DNA of 64,000 nucleotides from Moellerella wisconsensis ATCC 35017 (GCF_001294465.1 NZ_LGAA01000006.1:106950-170949); one strand, 5' to 3'; shown: positions 8,970 through 27,812, counted from the stretch's first letter. Program-made: numbers and translations. The notes: generated from the sequence alone by a model not told the origin.

Positions 8970-9749
8970 TTGAAAAATACTATATTGACGAATACTGACT
9001 TGAAAAAGGCTATGCTGCAATTTTGCACGCATCATTATATTAGCTCATCCTTTTTTTCGCCAAAATTACTGCTTTGGGGGCTACTTGCTATCACTCTGCA
9101 TATCACTATTTTTGGTGTTTTCTTCATTACCCCAACATCCAAGCGGATCGATTCCCCGATGCAACAAGGCATACAATCACCTATCACCTCTATCCTGTTG
9201 CTCGCACAATCGTTAGTGCCGATAGAAAAGGAGGTCACAGATATAGACATCTCTATTCCACTGTCTCCAGTAAATGGAACCTATAACTTCTCGCCCCAAA
9301 AAGCCGTGATAAAAAAGAAACTCGATGATAAAAAGAAACCCATAAAACAACCCAAAAAAATGACCCCAAAAAAGGATAGTAAACAACAACTGGCCGGTAG
9401 CAATGAAATCAGTACTATTAGCGGAAATACCATCCCGGGTAAAGAGAATATTCAGGGGCATCAAGGTTCAACAGCCAACAGCTATATTTCAAAATTAAAA
9501 AGTGAAATTGAGAAACATAAGCAATATCCAAGGAAAGCCAGAAGATTACGTTATCAAGGTAAGGTGATGATCGAGATGACGGTCGCTAATAATGGATCAT
9601 TATCGAATATAAACGTGGCTAAATCATCAGGCTATGAACTACTCGATAAAGCCGCTATCGATGCCGTCTATAAATATCGCTCGATTGGTGATAAACCTGC
9701 AGAGGTTAAAGATATCCTAAGCTTTAATATGGTATTTTCTTTAGATTGA
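8970..9749 (+). CDS. TonB-family energy transducer. The start may be the internal Met at about 9012.
   Basis: It has one N-terminal transmembrane helix and a Pro/Lys-rich linker (KKKLDDKKKPIKQPKKMTPKK). The C-terminal TonB_C domain is ...RYQGKVMIEMTVANNGSLSNINVAKSSGYELLDKAAIDAVYKYR. Confidence 0.75.
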   Translation: MKNTILTNTDLKKAMLQFCTHHYISSSFFSPKLLLWGLLAITLHITIFGVFFITPTSKRIDSPMQQGIQSPITSILLLAQSLVPIEKEVTDIDISIPLSPVNGTYNFSPQKAVIKKKLDDKKKPIKQPKKMTPKKDSKQQLAGSNEISTISGNTIPGKENIQGHQGSTANSYISKLKSEIEKHKQYPRKARRLRYQGKVMIEMTVANNGSLSNINVAKSSGYELLDKAAIDAVYKYRSIGDKPAEVKDILSFNMVFSLD

Positions 9750-9938
9750 GGCTATTACATATTGGAATTACGGTTATTTGAAATTGCTCAGAATGAATAT
9801 TGTTTGAAATTAGCACGGCCATTAATCAAAATAGAAAAGAGGCTCACCACCATTAAACATAAATGGAGGGAGCCAAGCGCAACGATAACCATTGAGTCAT
9901 CATGCTGTTTATCATTGCTAGAAAGATATAAAAATTGA

Positions 9939-11303
9939 TTACTTACCGATACAAAAACTAGAGAATATTCGACCTAATAAGTCGTCAGAACTAAATTCGC
10001 CGGTAATTTCGCTCAATGCCTGCTGTGCTAAACGCAATTCTTCTGCCAATAGTTCACCCGAGCGCGCAACGACTAATTGTTGATATCCACCCTGTAAATG
10101 CTCAGCTGCGACATTTAATGCTTGCAAATGACGACGGCGAGCTAAAAAACCGCCCTCGGTATTACTTTCAAAGCCCATACTTTCTTTTAGATGATCGCGC
10201 AGCAATTCAATCCCTTCGCCTTCACGTGCCGATAAACGGATCAGTGAATAATCACCGAATTGAGTAAAGCCACTGACCTCCCCCGTAATATCAGTTTTAT
10301 TGCGAATAACAGTCACCGGTACAGACTCGGGCAAACGGGCAATAAATTCAGGCCAGATTTTTTCGGGTTCAATCGCATCAGTCGTTGTACCATCGACCAT
10401 AAATAATACGCGATCAGCTTGTTCTATTTCTTGCCATGCCCGTTCAATTCCAATGCGCTCTACTTTATCTGTCGATTCGCGTAAACCGGCGGTATCGATA
10501 ATATGCAATGGCATACCATCAATATGAATATGCTCTCGTAAAACATCTCGAGTAGTTCCAGCAATATCTGTCACGATAGCGGCGTCTCTGCCCGCGAGCG
10601 CATTCAACAGACTGGATTTACCGGCATTAGGGCGTCCGGCAATCACCACTTTCATTCCTTCACGTAATAGGCTTCCTTGATGCGCTTGGGAACGAACAGT
10701 ATTCAGTTCAGCAATCACTTCATTTAATTTAGCTTCAATAATACCGTCGGATAAGAAATCAATTTCTTCATCTGGAAAATCAATCGCAGCTTCAACGTAA
10801 ATACGTAAATGCGTTAACGCTTCGACTAACTGATGAACCTGTCCAGAGAAAACACCTTGCAGTGAATTCATCGCTGATCGCGCCGCTTGTTCTGAGCTAG
10901 CATCAATCAAATCAGCAATAGCCTCGGCTTGTGCTAAATCGAGTTTATCATTTAAAAATGCCCGCTCAGAGAATTCTCCCGGATTCGCGATACGTAATCC
11001 ATTGATGGATAAAATACGCTTCAGCAGTAAATCTAAAATAACTGGTCCACCATGCCCTTGCAGTTCAAGAACATCTTCGCCGGTGAATGAATTAGGGCCG
11101 GGGAAATATAAAGCTATCCCTTGGTCTAGCGTAGTACCATTTTCATCTTTAAATGGTAGATAATCTGCATAACGAGGTTTGGGTATTTTGCCTAAAACAA
11201 TTTCAGCAACGGCTGCCGCTTTAGGACCAGATACACGAAGAATACCAACACCGCCACGGCCGGGTGGTGTTGCCTGTGCGACGATTGTATCGTTGGTTTG
11301 CAT
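9939..11303 (-). CDS. mnmE: tRNA modification GTPase MnmE (TrmE).
   Basis: It has G-domain motifs ([18 protein letters not shown]) and the C-terminal C-I-G-K signature. It is syntenic with yidC. Confidence 0.95.
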   Translation of the reverse strand: MQTNDTIVAQATPPGRGGVGILRVSGPKAAAVAEIVLGKIPKPRYADYLPFKDENGTTLDQGIALYFPGPNSFTGEDVLELQGHGGPVILDLLLKRILSINGLRIANPGEFSERAFLNDKLDLAQAEAIADLIDASSEQAARSAMNSLQGVFSGQVHQLVEALTHLRIYVEAAIDFPDEEIDFLSDGIIEAKLNEVIAELNTVRSQAHQGSLLREGMKVVIAGRPNAGKSSLLNALAGRDAAIVTDIAGTTRDVLREHIHIDGMPLHIIDTAGLRESTDKVERIGIERAWQEIEQADRVLFMVDGTTTDAIEPEKIWPEFIARLPESVPVTVIRNKTDITGEVSGFTQFGDYSLIRLSAREGEGIELLRDHLKESMGFESNTEGGFLARRRHLQALNVAAEHLQGGYQQLVVARSGELLAEELRLAQQALSEITGEFSSDDLLGRIFSSFCIGK

Positions 11304-11352
11304 AGTGTCTCTCTAAATAATATTTGGCTAAATTTATCTTTAAAAATAATCA

Positions 11353-11376
11353 AGGCGGTCTAATGACCGCCTTAAA
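11353..11376 (-). terminator. Rho-independent terminator downstream of yidC (AAGGCGGTC-taat-GACCGCCTT followed by a T-rich tract on the minus strand).
   Basis: A perfect 9-bp GC-rich stem followed by a T-run. Confidence 0.5.
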
Positions 11377-11429
11377 TATAACACTTCATGTCTTGGTGTC
11401 GCTAAGTCTTGGACTCAATTACACTGTGA

Positions 11430-13070
11430 CTATTTTTTACCGCGACTATGAAGACCACGTTTTTCCAGACCACGATAAATAATCTGCTGCTGAAGAATGG
11501 TCACCAAGTTACTCACGATATAATACAGAACCAGACCTGATGGGAACCATAAGAAGAAGATAGTAAACACAACCGGCATATAGGTCATGATCTTCTGCTG
11601 CATTGGATCAGTTACCGCTGTCGGAGACATTTTCTGGATAACAAACATAGTGATACCCATCAGAACAGGCAGGATATAATAAGGATCCTGTGTTGATAAG
11701 TCTTGTATCCAACCAAAGAATGGCGCCTGACGTAATTCAACCGAGCCCATCAGCATATAATACAGGGCTAAGAAGATCGGCATCTGAATAAGCAGAGGTA
11801 AACAACCACCAAGTGGGTTTACTTTCTCAGCTTTGTACATCGCCATCATTTCTTGGCTCATACGCTGTTTATCATCACCAATACGCTCACGCATCGCAGC
11901 TAATTTCGGCTGTAATAAACGCATTTTGGCCATTGACGTATATTGTGCTTTAGTCAGTGGGTACATGATACCGCGCACAATAAAGGTAATGATGATAATC
12001 GCAATACCCCAGTTTCCAACGAAACCATGGATAAATTTCAGTAATTTAAACAGCGGCTGAGAAATAAACCATAACCAACCGTAGTCAACACTCAAGTCTA
12101 AATGAGGCGCAACCTCAGCCATTTCTGACTGAATTTCAGGGCCTATCCACAATGTTGAGCCATAAGAACCGGTACCATTCGCAGCGATTGAGATGGGTGA
12201 ACTCTTATAACCAATAATCGCGGATTTTTTATCTAAATCGATAGTATAAAAAGTGCTGGTTTCCTTGCTTTCAGGCACCCATGCTGTTGCAAAATATTGT
12301 TGCAACATGGCGACCCAGCCACCTTTAGTCGAAATATTCAGATTCTTATCTTCGATATCACCAAAACTATATTTTTTATAGTTAGTTTCATCTGATGAAT
12401 AAGCTGCACCACGATAAGTATGCAACGCAAAGTTGCTGCTGCCAGTATCGCGTTCTTTCGGTAAGTTGATGGTTTGTTTCAACTGACCAAAGAAAGCCAG
12501 GTTCAACGGACGCTCAGTAGTATTCTGAATACTGTATTCAACATCAACCGCATAATTACCGCGTTTCAGAACATAGGTTTTCTGATAAACAACGCCATCT
12601 TTACCGGTGAAAGTCATCGGGATGCGTAATTCATCTTGGCCTTTTTCCAGCACATAACTGTCTGAAGACGTCGTGTAGACTGGACGCATTCCATTATCAT
12701 AGCCAGGGTTATCTGGGCCATCCTGACCAATCAGACCACTTTGCGCTTGATAAATAAAACCGGGGGTAGTTTCCAGTAAACGGAAAGGATTTGTTGAATC
12801 CAGTGTCGCGGGATAGGCTAACAAGTCAGCCTCATCGATATCACCACCACGCGTATTGATGCGTAAATCCAGTACATCAGTTTTAACTGTGATTAGTTTA
12901 CCTTGCCCACTCTGAGTTACCGGTTGGGCATCACTGCTTGGCATATCCGCTTGTTGTGTAGTCTGTACCGCCTTGTTTTGTAGGTCGGCGTTATCGCCTT
13001 CCCACGCTTGCCAGACTAGGAACGAAACGAACAGCAAAGCGATGAGTAGAAGATTGCGTTGCGAATCCAT
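11430..13070 (-). CDS. yidC: Membrane protein insertase YidC.
   Basis: It is near-colinear with E. coli YidC (MDSQRNLL...[10 protein letters not shown]), 546 aa. Confidence 0.96.
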   Translation of the reverse strand: MDSQRNLLLIALLFVSFLVWQAWEGDNADLQNKAVQTTQQADMPSSDAQPVTQSGQGKLITVKTDVLDLRINTRGGDIDEADLLAYPATLDSTNPFRLLETTPGFIYQAQSGLIGQDGPDNPGYDNGMRPVYTTSSDSYVLEKGQDELRIPMTFTGKDGVVYQKTYVLKRGNYAVDVEYSIQNTTERPLNLAFFGQLKQTINLPKERDTGSSNFALHTYRGAAYSSDETNYKKYSFGDIEDKNLNISTKGGWVAMLQQYFATAWVPESKETSTFYTIDLDKKSAIIGYKSSPISIAANGTGSYGSTLWIGPEIQSEMAEVAPHLDLSVDYGWLWFISQPLFKLLKFIHGFVGNWGIAIIIITFIVRGIMYPLTKAQYTSMAKMRLLQPKLAAMRERIGDDKQRMSQEMMAMYKAEKVNPLGGCLPLLIQMPIFLALYYMLMGSVELRQAPFFGWIQDLSTQDPYYILPVLMGITMFVIQKMSPTAVTDPMQQKIMTYMPVVFTIFFLWFPSGLVLYYIVSNLVTILQQQIIYRGLEKRGLHSRGKK

Positions 13071-13072
13071 CG

Positions 13073-13333
13073 TTAATGTTCTCTATTATCATCGTTTTTT
13101 TTAGGTGGAACAGGGTCGTCTCCACCAGCGTGTAAAGGGTGGCATTTTAATATGCGTTTCGCCGTTAACCAACTCCCTTTTATCATTCCAAACCTGCGCA
13201 ATGCCTCAATTCCATAATAAGAGCACGTAGGATTAAAACGACAACGAGGCCCCAGCATTGGACTAATAACCAACTGGTAGCCTCTGATCAATGAGATCAG
13301 GAGTTTTGAGCCAAGCGACGGTGACGACGCCAT
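13073..13333 (-). CDS. yidD: Membrane protein insertion efficiency factor YidD.
   Basis: It has the conserved YidD motifs ([13 protein letters not shown]..., [12 protein letters not shown]) and overlaps the rnpA 3' end as in E. coli. Confidence 0.85.
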   Translation of the reverse strand: MASSPSLGSKLLISLIRGYQLVISPMLGPRCRFNPTCSYYGIEALRRFGMIKGSWLTAKRILKCHPLHAGGDDPVPPKKNDDNREH

Positions 13334-13656
13334 AACTTATCCAATGCTTCCGTTATCTGTCGATTGTCTAAATTGGTTATCCCCTTTCTCACCAAGAGCA
13401 CAAAATCCATAGGAGGTAACTCATGTTGATGCAAACGAAAGTATTCACGTGCTAATCGTTTGATACGATTTCGCTCATGAGCTCGTTTAACATTTTTTTT
13501 GGCGATAGTAAGACCGATGCGGGGATGCCCCAGCTCATTAAGGCGACCGAGGATTGTTATCTCCGGTGAACTCGCTCTTTGAGGCTGCTTAAAGACATAA
13601 TCGAAATGCCTGGGAGTTAACAAACGTAACTCCCGAGGAAAAGCGAGCGTAACCAC
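13297..13656 (-). CDS. rnpA: RNase P protein component RnpA.
   Basis: It is a basic 119-aa protein and is syntenic between rpmH and yidD. Confidence 0.9.
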   Translation of the reverse strand: MVTLAFPRELRLLTPRHFDYVFKQPQRASSPEITILGRLNELGHPRIGLTIAKKNVKRAHERNRIKRLAREYFRLHQHELPPMDFVLLVRKGITNLDNRQITEALDKLWRRHRRLAQNS

Positions 13657-13676
13657 GTTGATAATGGCTAGCTTTA

Positions 13677-13832
<156 letters not shown>

Positions 13833-14407
13833 CTAACTTTAAATTTATTACTGATTCAGTAAACGCGTGGGTAACCAGTGAAATTAATGCTCACCAGACA
13901 CCTCAATCGCAATATCAATATAGAAAGAGGCAGGATTGTAATAAAAAATTAGCCTCCACGTCAATAAAATGACGCAGTCAGACTGTAATTAATTATAGAT
14001 TGGCTGACAATAACACCACCTAACAGCAATTAATTGCTATTAGCGGCTCAATTTTAATTGCCCTTCTAACATAGCCCTGCAACCTGCCGAGACCTGTGCC
14101 CTAACTCACTAACGTGCTATCTATTAGATTTCGCTGCCGAATCCCAAAGAAAACAACAATACGGAACCCGAATAAACTCGCAACCATTAGCTAAGTAATG
14201 ACATACAGGGTGCAAGATTATACGGACTCCACCTTAAAGCGCAAGGATCATCGCCAGATCAGATTTATTTTTTTGATCTAACAGACACGCTCATAGATTT
14301 GATCTAAAGTTATCCCCAGAATTATACAAGCCTTATATGCCGATAATAGAGTTTGCGAGTAGTTTACGTATCCTCTTTCTCCACAGGAACAACGCATTAT
14401 CCTTACC

Positions 14408-14416
14408 TGTGGATAA
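14408..14416. promoter_or_regulatory. DnaA box (TGTGGATAA) in the dnaA promoter region.
   Basis: It is an exact 9-mer match to the R-box consensus in inverse orientation. A weaker TGATCCACG and several GATC sites lie nearby (14461..14545). Confidence 0.5.
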
Positions 14417-14727
14417 AAAGCTGAAAAACTGTGTAAAAGAATGAAGATCTCTGGGTGATTTTACGCTATGATCCACGGTCATCTTGCTGATCAGAAGATC
14501 AGAATGTGGTAGATAACCTAGTGATAACTAGATCTAGATATATAGATAAAGAAATACACTAGATATAGAAATCAATAAGTCTATCGCTGAACAACATCAA
14601 AGGTTGCTTTCTGGTCTATGGCAAAAGATAAGCGCCTATTAGTTATTCTATAGTTAAATCTGTAGTTAAATCTGTAGTTAAATCCATAATCTTTGTTTTC
14701 ATTTATCTTGTTTTAGGGGAGTCCGAC

Positions 14728-16122
14728 GTGTCACTTTCGCTTTGGCAGCAATGTCTTGCCCGATTGCAGGATGAATTACCTGCCACAGAATTTAGTATGT
14801 GGATACGCCCCCTTCAGGCTGAACTGAACGACAACACGTTGGCGTTATATGCGCCTAACCGTTTTGTTCTTGACTGGGTAAGAGATAAATACATTAACAA
14901 TATCAATGAATTGTTGAATGATTTTTGTGGTTCAGATGCACCGGTCTTACATTTTGAAGTCGGCAATAAGCCGATGCAAAGAGTCGCGACGAGCAATAGC
15001 GTTCGTGGCACCAGTGTACCATCATATACGACCTCGTCTCCTACCCCGCCGGTCAGACCCAGCTGGGATAATTCAACCAAAGTGCAGCCCGATGTCTCTT
15101 ATCGTTCGAATGTGAACCCTAAGCATACATTTGATAACTTTGTTGAAGGTAAATCCAACCAACTTGCCCGTGCTGCGGCAAGACAAGTGGCAGAGAATCC
15201 TGGTGGCGCCTATAACCCACTATTTTTATACGGTGGTACAGGGCTAGGTAAAACGCATCTTTTGCATGCTGTCGGTAATAGCATCATGCAACATAAAGAG
15301 AATGCGCGCGTTGTTTATATGCACTCTGAACGATTTGTTCAAGATATGGTCAAGGCATTGCAAAATAATGCGATAGAAGAATTCAAACGCTACTATCGTT
15401 CTGTTGATGCACTGCTGATTGATGATATCCAATTTTTTGCCAATAAAGAGCGTTCACAAGAAGAATTTTTCCATACTTTTAATGCGCTTCTGGAAGGCAA
15501 TCAACAAATTATTTTAACCTCAGATCGCTACCCAAAAGAAATTAATGGCGTAGAAGATAGACTAAAATCTCGTTTTGGTTGGGGACTAACGGTCGCGATT
15601 GAGCCACCTGAGCTTGAAACGCGTGTCGCTATCCTAATGAAAAAGGCTGATGAAAATAAAATTCAGCTACCGGGCGAAGTGGCCTTCTTTATTGCTAAAC
15701 GTCTGCGTTCCAATGTACGAGAGCTAGAAGGTGCATTAAACCGCGTGATCGCTAACGCAAATTTTACCGGGCGAGCAATTACAATTGATTTTGTTCGTGA
15801 GGCATTGCGTGACCTTTTAGCGTTGCAAGAAAAATTAGTTACTATTGATAATATTCAGAAAACTGTCGCTGAATACTACAAAATCAAAGTGGCGGATCTC
15901 CTTTCTAAACGTCGTTCCCGTTCTGTCGCACGACCAAGACAAATGGCAATGGCACTAGCAAAAGAGCTGACTAACCACAGTTTACCCGAGATCGGAGATG
16001 CCTTTGGTGGCCGTGACCATACCACGGTATTACATGCCTGTCGTAAAATTGAACAATTGCGCGAAGAAAGCCATGACATCAAAGAAGATTTTTCTAACTT
16101 AATCAGAACATTATCATCTTAA
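14728..16122 (+). CDS. dnaA: Chromosomal replication initiator DnaA, GTG start.
   Basis: [22 protein letters not shown]... is near-identical to E. coli DnaA. It has an AAA+ Walker A ([10 protein letters not shown]) and a C-terminal DNA-binding domain. Confidence 0.97.
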   Translation: MSLSLWQQCLARLQDELPATEFSMWIRPLQAELNDNTLALYAPNRFVLDWVRDKYINNINELLNDFCGSDAPVLHFEVGNKPMQRVATSNSVRGTSVPSYTTSSPTPPVRPSWDNSTKVQPDVSYRSNVNPKHTFDNFVEGKSNQLARAAARQVAENPGGAYNPLFLYGGTGLGKTHLLHAVGNSIMQHKENARVVYMHSERFVQDMVKALQNNAIEEFKRYYRSVDALLIDDIQFFANKERSQEEFFHTFNALLEGNQQIILTSDRYPKEINGVEDRLKSRFGWGLTVAIEPPELETRVAILMKKADENKIQLPGEVAFFIAKRLRSNVRELEGALNRVIANANFTGRAITIDFVREALRDLLALQEKLVTIDNIQKTVAEYYKIKVADLLSKRRSRSVARPRQMAMALAKELTNHSLPEIGDAFGGRDHTTVLHACRKIEQLREESHDIKEDFSNLIRTLSS

Positions 16123-16127
16123 GTATT

Positions 16128-17228
16128 ATGAAATTTATCATCGAACGTGAGCAGTTATTAAAACCGTTACAGCAAGTCAGCGGCCCTTTAGGGGGACGTC
16201 CTACGTTGCCTATTTTGGGCAATCTGCTGTTACAGGTAAACCAAGGTTCTCTGTTATTAACCGGAACCGATCTCGAAATGGAGATGATGGCACGAGTACC
16301 TTTAACTCAAGAACACCAACAGGGCGCAACCACCGTACCTGCTCGTAAATTCTTTGATATTTGGCGCGGATTGCCAGATGGCGCTGAAATTAGCGTAGAA
16401 CTTGACGAAGATCGTCTGCTTGTGCGTTCTGGTCGTAGCCGATTTTCACTGTCGACGCTCCCCGCCGCTGATTTTCCCAATTTAGATGACTGGCAAAGTG
16501 AAGTAGAATTCTCACTGCCTCAATCTACGTTGAAACGACTGATTGAAGCCACGCAATTTTCTATGGCGCATCAAGATGTCCGTTATTATCTCAACGGTAT
16601 GTTGTTTGAAACCGAAGGACAAATCTTACGTACAGTATCAACGGATGGGCATCGTCTAGCCGTCTGTTCGATGGAAGTCGGCCAAGAACTGCCCGCGCAT
16701 TCAGTGATCGTTCCGCGTAAAGGCGTGATTGAGTTAATGCGTTTGCTCGATGGCGGTGATACCCCACTGCAATTGCAGATTGGCAGCAATAATATTCGGG
16801 CACATGTTGGTGATTTTATTTTCACCTCTAAACTGGTCGATGGTCGTTTTCCGGATTACCGCCGTGTGCTACCTAAAAATCCAGATAAAACATTAGAAGC
16901 ACGCTGCGATATACTGAAACAAGCTTTTTCGCGTGCCGCTATTTTATCTAATGAAAAATTCCGCGGTGTTAGACTGTATTTCAGTGAAAATCAGCTAAAA
17001 ATTACGGCTAATAATCCGGAGCAAGAAGAAGCCGAAGAAATTGTCGATGTACACTATCAAGGTGGAGAAATGGAGATTGGCTTCAATGTCAGCTATATCT
17101 TGGATGTTCTCAATACCTTAAAATGTGAGGAAGTTACGTTATTCCTGACAGACGCCGTATCCAGTGTGCAAATCGAAGATTCAGCCAGTCGTTCGGCTGT
17201 TTATGTCGTTATGCCAATGCGTCTGTAA
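16128..17228 (+). CDS. dnaN: DNA polymerase III beta sliding clamp.
   Basis: MKFIIEREQLLKPLQQVSGPLGGRPTLPILGNLLLQ... is colinear with E. coli DnaN, 366 aa. Confidence 0.97.
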   Translation: MKFIIEREQLLKPLQQVSGPLGGRPTLPILGNLLLQVNQGSLLLTGTDLEMEMMARVPLTQEHQQGATTVPARKFFDIWRGLPDGAEISVELDEDRLLVRSGRSRFSLSTLPAADFPNLDDWQSEVEFSLPQSTLKRLIEATQFSMAHQDVRYYLNGMLFETEGQILRTVSTDGHRLAVCSMEVGQELPAHSVIVPRKGVIELMRLLDGGDTPLQLQIGSNNIRAHVGDFIFTSKLVDGRFPDYRRVLPKNPDKTLEARCDILKQAFSRAAILSNEKFRGVRLYFSENQLKITANNPEQEEAEEIVDVHYQGGEMEIGFNVSYILDVLNTLKCEEVTLFLTDAVSSVQIEDSASRSAVYVVMPMRL

Positions 17229-17240
17229 TACTGACAATTT

Positions 17241-20769
<3,529 letters not shown>

Positions 20770-20789
20770 TCTGTTGCTAGTCGCCGTAA

Positions 20790-20827
20790 ATATAATAACC
20801 CCATCAGTTTTACTGGCGGGGTTATTT
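20790..20827. terminator. Bidirectional terminator hairpin between the convergent gyrB and lacY genes (ATAACCCC...GGGGTTAT followed by TTTTTT).
   Basis: An inverted repeat with a T6 run on the plus strand. Confidence 0.5.
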
Positions 20828-20863
20828 TTTATAGCAATTATATGGTGAGATGATAGCCGCAAT

Positions 20864-22120
20864 TTACGTCGTTTTACCTAATGCTTGCCCACGAAGTTTT
20901 GCTGCTTTAGCTGGAGAAACCAACGTAAAATAAGAGATCACAGTAAAAACTAACACTATACAGCCAAGGATCAGGTAAGTGCCTTGAAAACCAACTTTTT
21001 CATATAATTGGCCGGTAAAAATAGACATAAACATAATCGCCAATTGTTTAAAAAAGCAGAAGCACACTAAATAGATAGTGGCAGAAAACCTAACTTCAAA
21101 TACGGTAGTTATATATTTAAAGCAACCCACAATTAAAAATGGCACTTCAAACATATGCAGTGTTTTCAAGATCACCACTTCAACGGCCGAGGTAGCAAAT
21201 GAAGAGCCTAAAATACGAACGGCCATAATCATACCGGCAATTAATAACCCGTTCTTCGCACCAATACGGTTGATAATTACCGGTGCAAAAAACATAATCG
21301 TTGCGTTTAATAGCTCGCCTAATGTGGTCACATAACCGAAGACCCGTATTCCTTGATGAGGCGAATCAAAAAAACCGACAAAGAAATTAGCAAATTGCTG
21401 ATCAAATACATCGTAGGTACAAGAAACCCCAACTACAAATAAACTTAAAAACCACAGATTACGATCTTTAAATAATAAGAAAATCGTTTTTAAGGTAAAA
21501 GGCTTCTTATTTGCGCCCAGCTCATTAGCTACTAATGCGCTACTATCAGCCTCAGGTTTAGCAAAGAATAATAATATCGCCAGTAAAATTGCGCAGACTG
21601 ATCCCATCCAAAAAACAAATTGGTCATTGATAGTCATCATAATGCCAGCAATAGAGGCACAAATAGCCCAACCAATGCAGCCAAATAAACGTGCACGACC
21701 AAATTCAAAATGGCTTCTGCGGCTGACTTTCTCTATATACGCCTCAATGACTGGTGCACCGCCGTTATAAATAAAACCGAGATAAATTCCTCCAACTATC
21801 GAGGCTAAATAAATATTAACTTGCAGTAATGGCCCAAACACAAAAATAAAGAATGGACCAAACAAAACCAACATACCTGTAATCACCCACAGAAGATGTT
21901 TTTTAAGTCCTAATTTATCCGATAACACCCCAAATACAGGCTGGAACACTAAAGAGAATAATGAGATGCTGGCAAAAATTATCCCGGTTTCGCCCTTGGT
22001 GACATGGTTAACATCTGCCAACCAAATGGGGAAAAATGGAAAATAAGCCCCCATAATGAAAAAGTAGAAAAAGAAAAAGCTACCAAATAACCAAAAGTTT
22101 TTATTTTTCATGTAATACAT
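20864..22120 (-). CDS. lacY: Lactose permease LacY (MFS).
   Basis: [34 protein letters not shown]... is colinear with E. coli LacY through to the C-terminal region. Confidence 0.93.
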   Translation of the reverse strand: MYYMKNKNFWLFGSFFFFYFFIMGAYFPFFPIWLADVNHVTKGETGIIFASISLFSLVFQPVFGVLSDKLGLKKHLLWVITGMLVLFGPFFIFVFGPLLQVNIYLASIVGGIYLGFIYNGGAPVIEAYIEKVSRRSHFEFGRARLFGCIGWAICASIAGIMMTINDQFVFWMGSVCAILLAILLFFAKPEADSSALVANELGANKKPFTLKTIFLLFKDRNLWFLSLFVVGVSCTYDVFDQQFANFFVGFFDSPHQGIRVFGYVTTLGELLNATIMFFAPVIINRIGAKNGLLIAGMIMAVRILGSSFATSAVEVVILKTLHMFEVPFLIVGCFKYITTVFEVRFSATIYLVCFCFFKQLAIMFMSIFTGQLYEKVGFQGTYLILGCIVLVFTVISYFTLVSPAKAAKLRGQALGKTT

Positions 22121-22142
22121 AGCTAGGATCCTTTTGGTTAGC

Positions 22143-25298
<3,156 letters not shown>

Positions 25299-25300
25299 CT

Positions 25301-25321
25301 AATGTTATACGCTCACATAAC
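25301..25321. promoter_or_regulatory. lac operator O1-like site (AATGTTATACGCTCACATAAC).
   Basis: It matches the E. coli O1 reverse complement AATTGTTATCCGCTCACAATT at about 16 of 21 positions. It lies immediately upstream of lacZ and downstream of lacI. Confidence 0.55.
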
Positions 25322-25451
25322 TAATTAAACTGACAGATGGCGAGATTTTGTAAAGTAGAGGATCAGAAAATAAGGGTGTGGCTCACAGTTTATACAATAA
25401 ATAATGTAATTAATGTGTCGATAATTGGCCTGTTATCACAAGAATGTTTGT

Positions 25452-26561
25452 TTATAATTCCGACAACTGCTCTGCAATTCGGTGTAATTGCTGCGCCAAC
25501 TGAGCTTTATTGGCAGGATGGGCGGGCAAATATTCAGCTGTAGTTTGCCGAATAATCAACTCAGTCGATAAAATTGTTTGATGGGTATTACGGATAAGCG
25601 ACCCCGTAGGATCCTGCCGCCGTGATAAGTGTTCTATTATCACTTCCGTCGCTTTACAACCTAATAATTCGAAATCTTGCCTAATGGTAGTTAAAGGGGG
25701 ATAAAAATAGGCACTATCATCAGTATCATCATAGCCAATTACCGATATTTGATGGGGAATATCAATTCCCGCCTCGTGTAAAGCTCGCAAAACCCCTAAT
25801 GCCATCTCGTCATTAGCGACCAAAATTGCGCTCGGTCTATTCTGATAAGCCAGAATTTCGCAGCCTAAACGATAACCCGATGCCGCACTCCAATCGCCTT
25901 CAAGTAGACAAAAAGGCCGAATATTTTCCCTGTTTAAGACCTTTATCCACCCTTTAAGCCGCAATTGTGCGGAGATAGAGGATGTTGGCCCTTGAATAAG
26001 AGCAATGCGTTGATGCCCTAACTCAAGCAAATAACGTGCCCCTTTTTCTGCCCCTTCAGTAGAGTTGGTCATTATCGATAACAGTGGGGTTTCAGGATCA
26101 ATATCGAGAAAAGCAATCGGCGTTTCACCACATAGCGAATCAATTTCCATCGCTTGAGATTGAGTTAATGGAATATTAATTACAATTCCATCGACACGCT
26201 GTGACAATAATTCGTTAATTGCTTTTCTTACGTCTAAAAAATCAAGCGTTTGTGTCATTGAGATAACCACGCTATATCCCAGCTTATCCGCATGTTTCTT
26301 AACCGCAGAGGCGATTTTAGAGGGAGCATGAAGCGCGAGATCTATTGTCGCAAGCCCTAAAGTATAGGTTTGTTTACCGGCTAACTGTTGGGCGACGCGA
26401 TTGGGAATGTAATTCAGTGTTTCCATGGCAGAGAACACTTTCTGGCGAGTTTTTTCAGCCACAGAGGCAGAATTATTGATCACACGAGAAACGGTTTGAT
26501 AAGAGACCCCAGCTAATGCGGCCACATCATTCAACGTTGTCAATTTTTGCGACATCTTCAT
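25452..26561 (-). CDS. lacI: Lactose operon repressor LacI.
   Basis: The helix-turn-helix LNDVAALAGVSYQTVSRVINNSASVAEKTRQKVFSAMETLNYIPNRVAQQLAGKQ is near-identical to E. coli LacI. The ORF is 369 aa. Confidence 0.9.
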   Translation of the reverse strand: MKMSQKLTTLNDVAALAGVSYQTVSRVINNSASVAEKTRQKVFSAMETLNYIPNRVAQQLAGKQTYTLGLATIDLALHAPSKIASAVKKHADKLGYSVVISMTQTLDFLDVRKAINELLSQRVDGIVINIPLTQSQAMEIDSLCGETPIAFLDIDPETPLLSIMTNSTEGAEKGARYLLELGHQRIALIQGPTSSISAQLRLKGWIKVLNRENIRPFCLLEGDWSAASGYRLGCEILAYQNRPSAILVANDEMALGVLRALHEAGIDIPHQISVIGYDDTDDSAYFYPPLTTIRQDFELLGCKATEVIIEHLSRRQDPTGSLIRNTHQTILSTELIIRQTTAEYLPAHPANKAQLAQQLHRIAEQLSEL

Positions 26562-26705
26562 TCTCCCGTTTGGTAAATCAGCGAGTAATTATTTACTCTT
26601 TATGACCCACTTGTTATCCCTATCAATGGGTAAATTAATTCCGATAAAAAATGGCTCCCAATCATGGCAGCCATTTTATGCAATGTACAATGTAAAGACT
26701 AAAAA

Positions 26706-27812
26706 TTATAGCAGGATATTAAGCATACGGCGCAATGGCTCCGCGGCTCCCCACAATAATTGATCACCGACCGTAAAGGCTGACAGATAGTCTGGCCCCA
26801 TATTGAGTTTACGTAAACGTCCCACCGGTGTAGCTAACGTTCCAGTAACGGCGGCTGGCGTCAGTTCACGCATACTTATTTCGCGCTCATTAGGAACAAC
26901 TTTAACCCAGTCATTATGCGCGGCTAAAAGCTGTTCAATTTCGTGTAGAGGAATATCTTTTTTCAATTTCAGCGTAAATGCTTGGCTATGGCAGCGTAAC
27001 GCACCAACACGAACACACAAACCATCGATAGGGACAATATTGCTGCCAGTATTTAATATTTTATTGGTTTCTGCCTGGCCTTTCCACTCTTCGCGGCTTT
27101 GTCCATTATCGAGGCGTTTATCAATCCAAGGAATTAAACTCCCCGCTAAAGGCACACCGAACTCATCACAAGGCATCGCACCATTACGAGTAAAATCAGT
27201 AACTTTCTTTTCAATCTCTAAAATAGCTGAAGCTGGATTTTGCAACTCTTTAGCTACCTGAGCATGCAATGCGCCCATTTGAATTAACAGTTCACGCATA
27301 TTGCGTGCACCCGCGCCAGATGCAGCTTGATAGGTAGCAACCGATGCCCATTCAACTAAGTTATTAGCAAATAAACCGCCTAAAGACATCAGCATCAGGC
27401 TAACGGTACAGTTACCGCCAACAAATGTTTTAATCCCTTGATTCAATCCCGCATCAATATGCTGACGGTTAACAGGATCAAGAATGATGGTGGCATCATC
27501 TTGCATACGCAGCGCAGAAGCCGCATCAATCCAATATCCATTCCACCCGCTTTGGCGCAATTTAGGGTATACCAAATTGGTATAATCACCACCTTGGCAG
27601 CTGATAATAATATCGAGTGCTTTCAACGCATCAATATCATTAGCATCCTGCAAGGTTCCACGATGACCGCCATAAGTGGGTGCTTCTTCGCCCTGCTGAG
27701 AGGTAGTAAAAAATACCGGATGAATAGCGTTAAAATCACCTTCTTCGACCATACGCTGCATTAATACGGAGCCAACCATGCCACGCCAGCCGATAAAACC
27801 TACATTTTTCAT
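26706..27812 (-). CDS. asd: Aspartate-semialdehyde dehydrogenase.
   Basis: [21 protein letters not shown]... is colinear with E. coli Asd. The start is trimmed to the internal Met; the ORF track extends to 27860. Confidence 0.93.
   Translation of the reverse strand: MKNVGFIGWRGMVGSVLMQRMVEEGDFNAIHPVFFTTSQQGEEAPTYGGHRGTLQDANDIDALKALDIIISCQGGDYTNLVYPKLRQSGWNGYWIDAASALRMQDDATIILDPVNRQHIDAGLNQGIKTFVGGNCTVSLMLMSLGGLFANNLVEWASVATYQAASGAGARNMRELLIQMGALHAQVAKELQNPASAILEIEKKVTDFTRNGAMPCDEFGVPLAGSLIPWIDKRLDNGQSREEWKGQAETNKILNTGSNIVPIDGLCVRVGALRCHSQAFTLKLKKDIPLHEIEQLLAAHNDWVKVVPNEREISMRELTPAAVTGTLATPVGRLRKLNMGPDYLSAFTVGDQLLWGAAEPLRRMLNILL

Noticed and set aside
8970-9749. Whether the TonB-like gene is the housekeeping tonB.
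   Set aside because: It is positioned as the last gene of the accessory heme locus and has an atypical K-rich rather than Pro-Glu/Pro-Lys linker. It is more likely a dedicated paralog. This cannot be settled from the window alone.
25360-25395. Possible CRP site TGTGGCTCACA upstream of lacI/lacZ.
   Set aside because: The spacing between the TGTG and CACA half-sites is 2 rather than 6. More likely it is an auxiliary lac operator-like fragment or chance.
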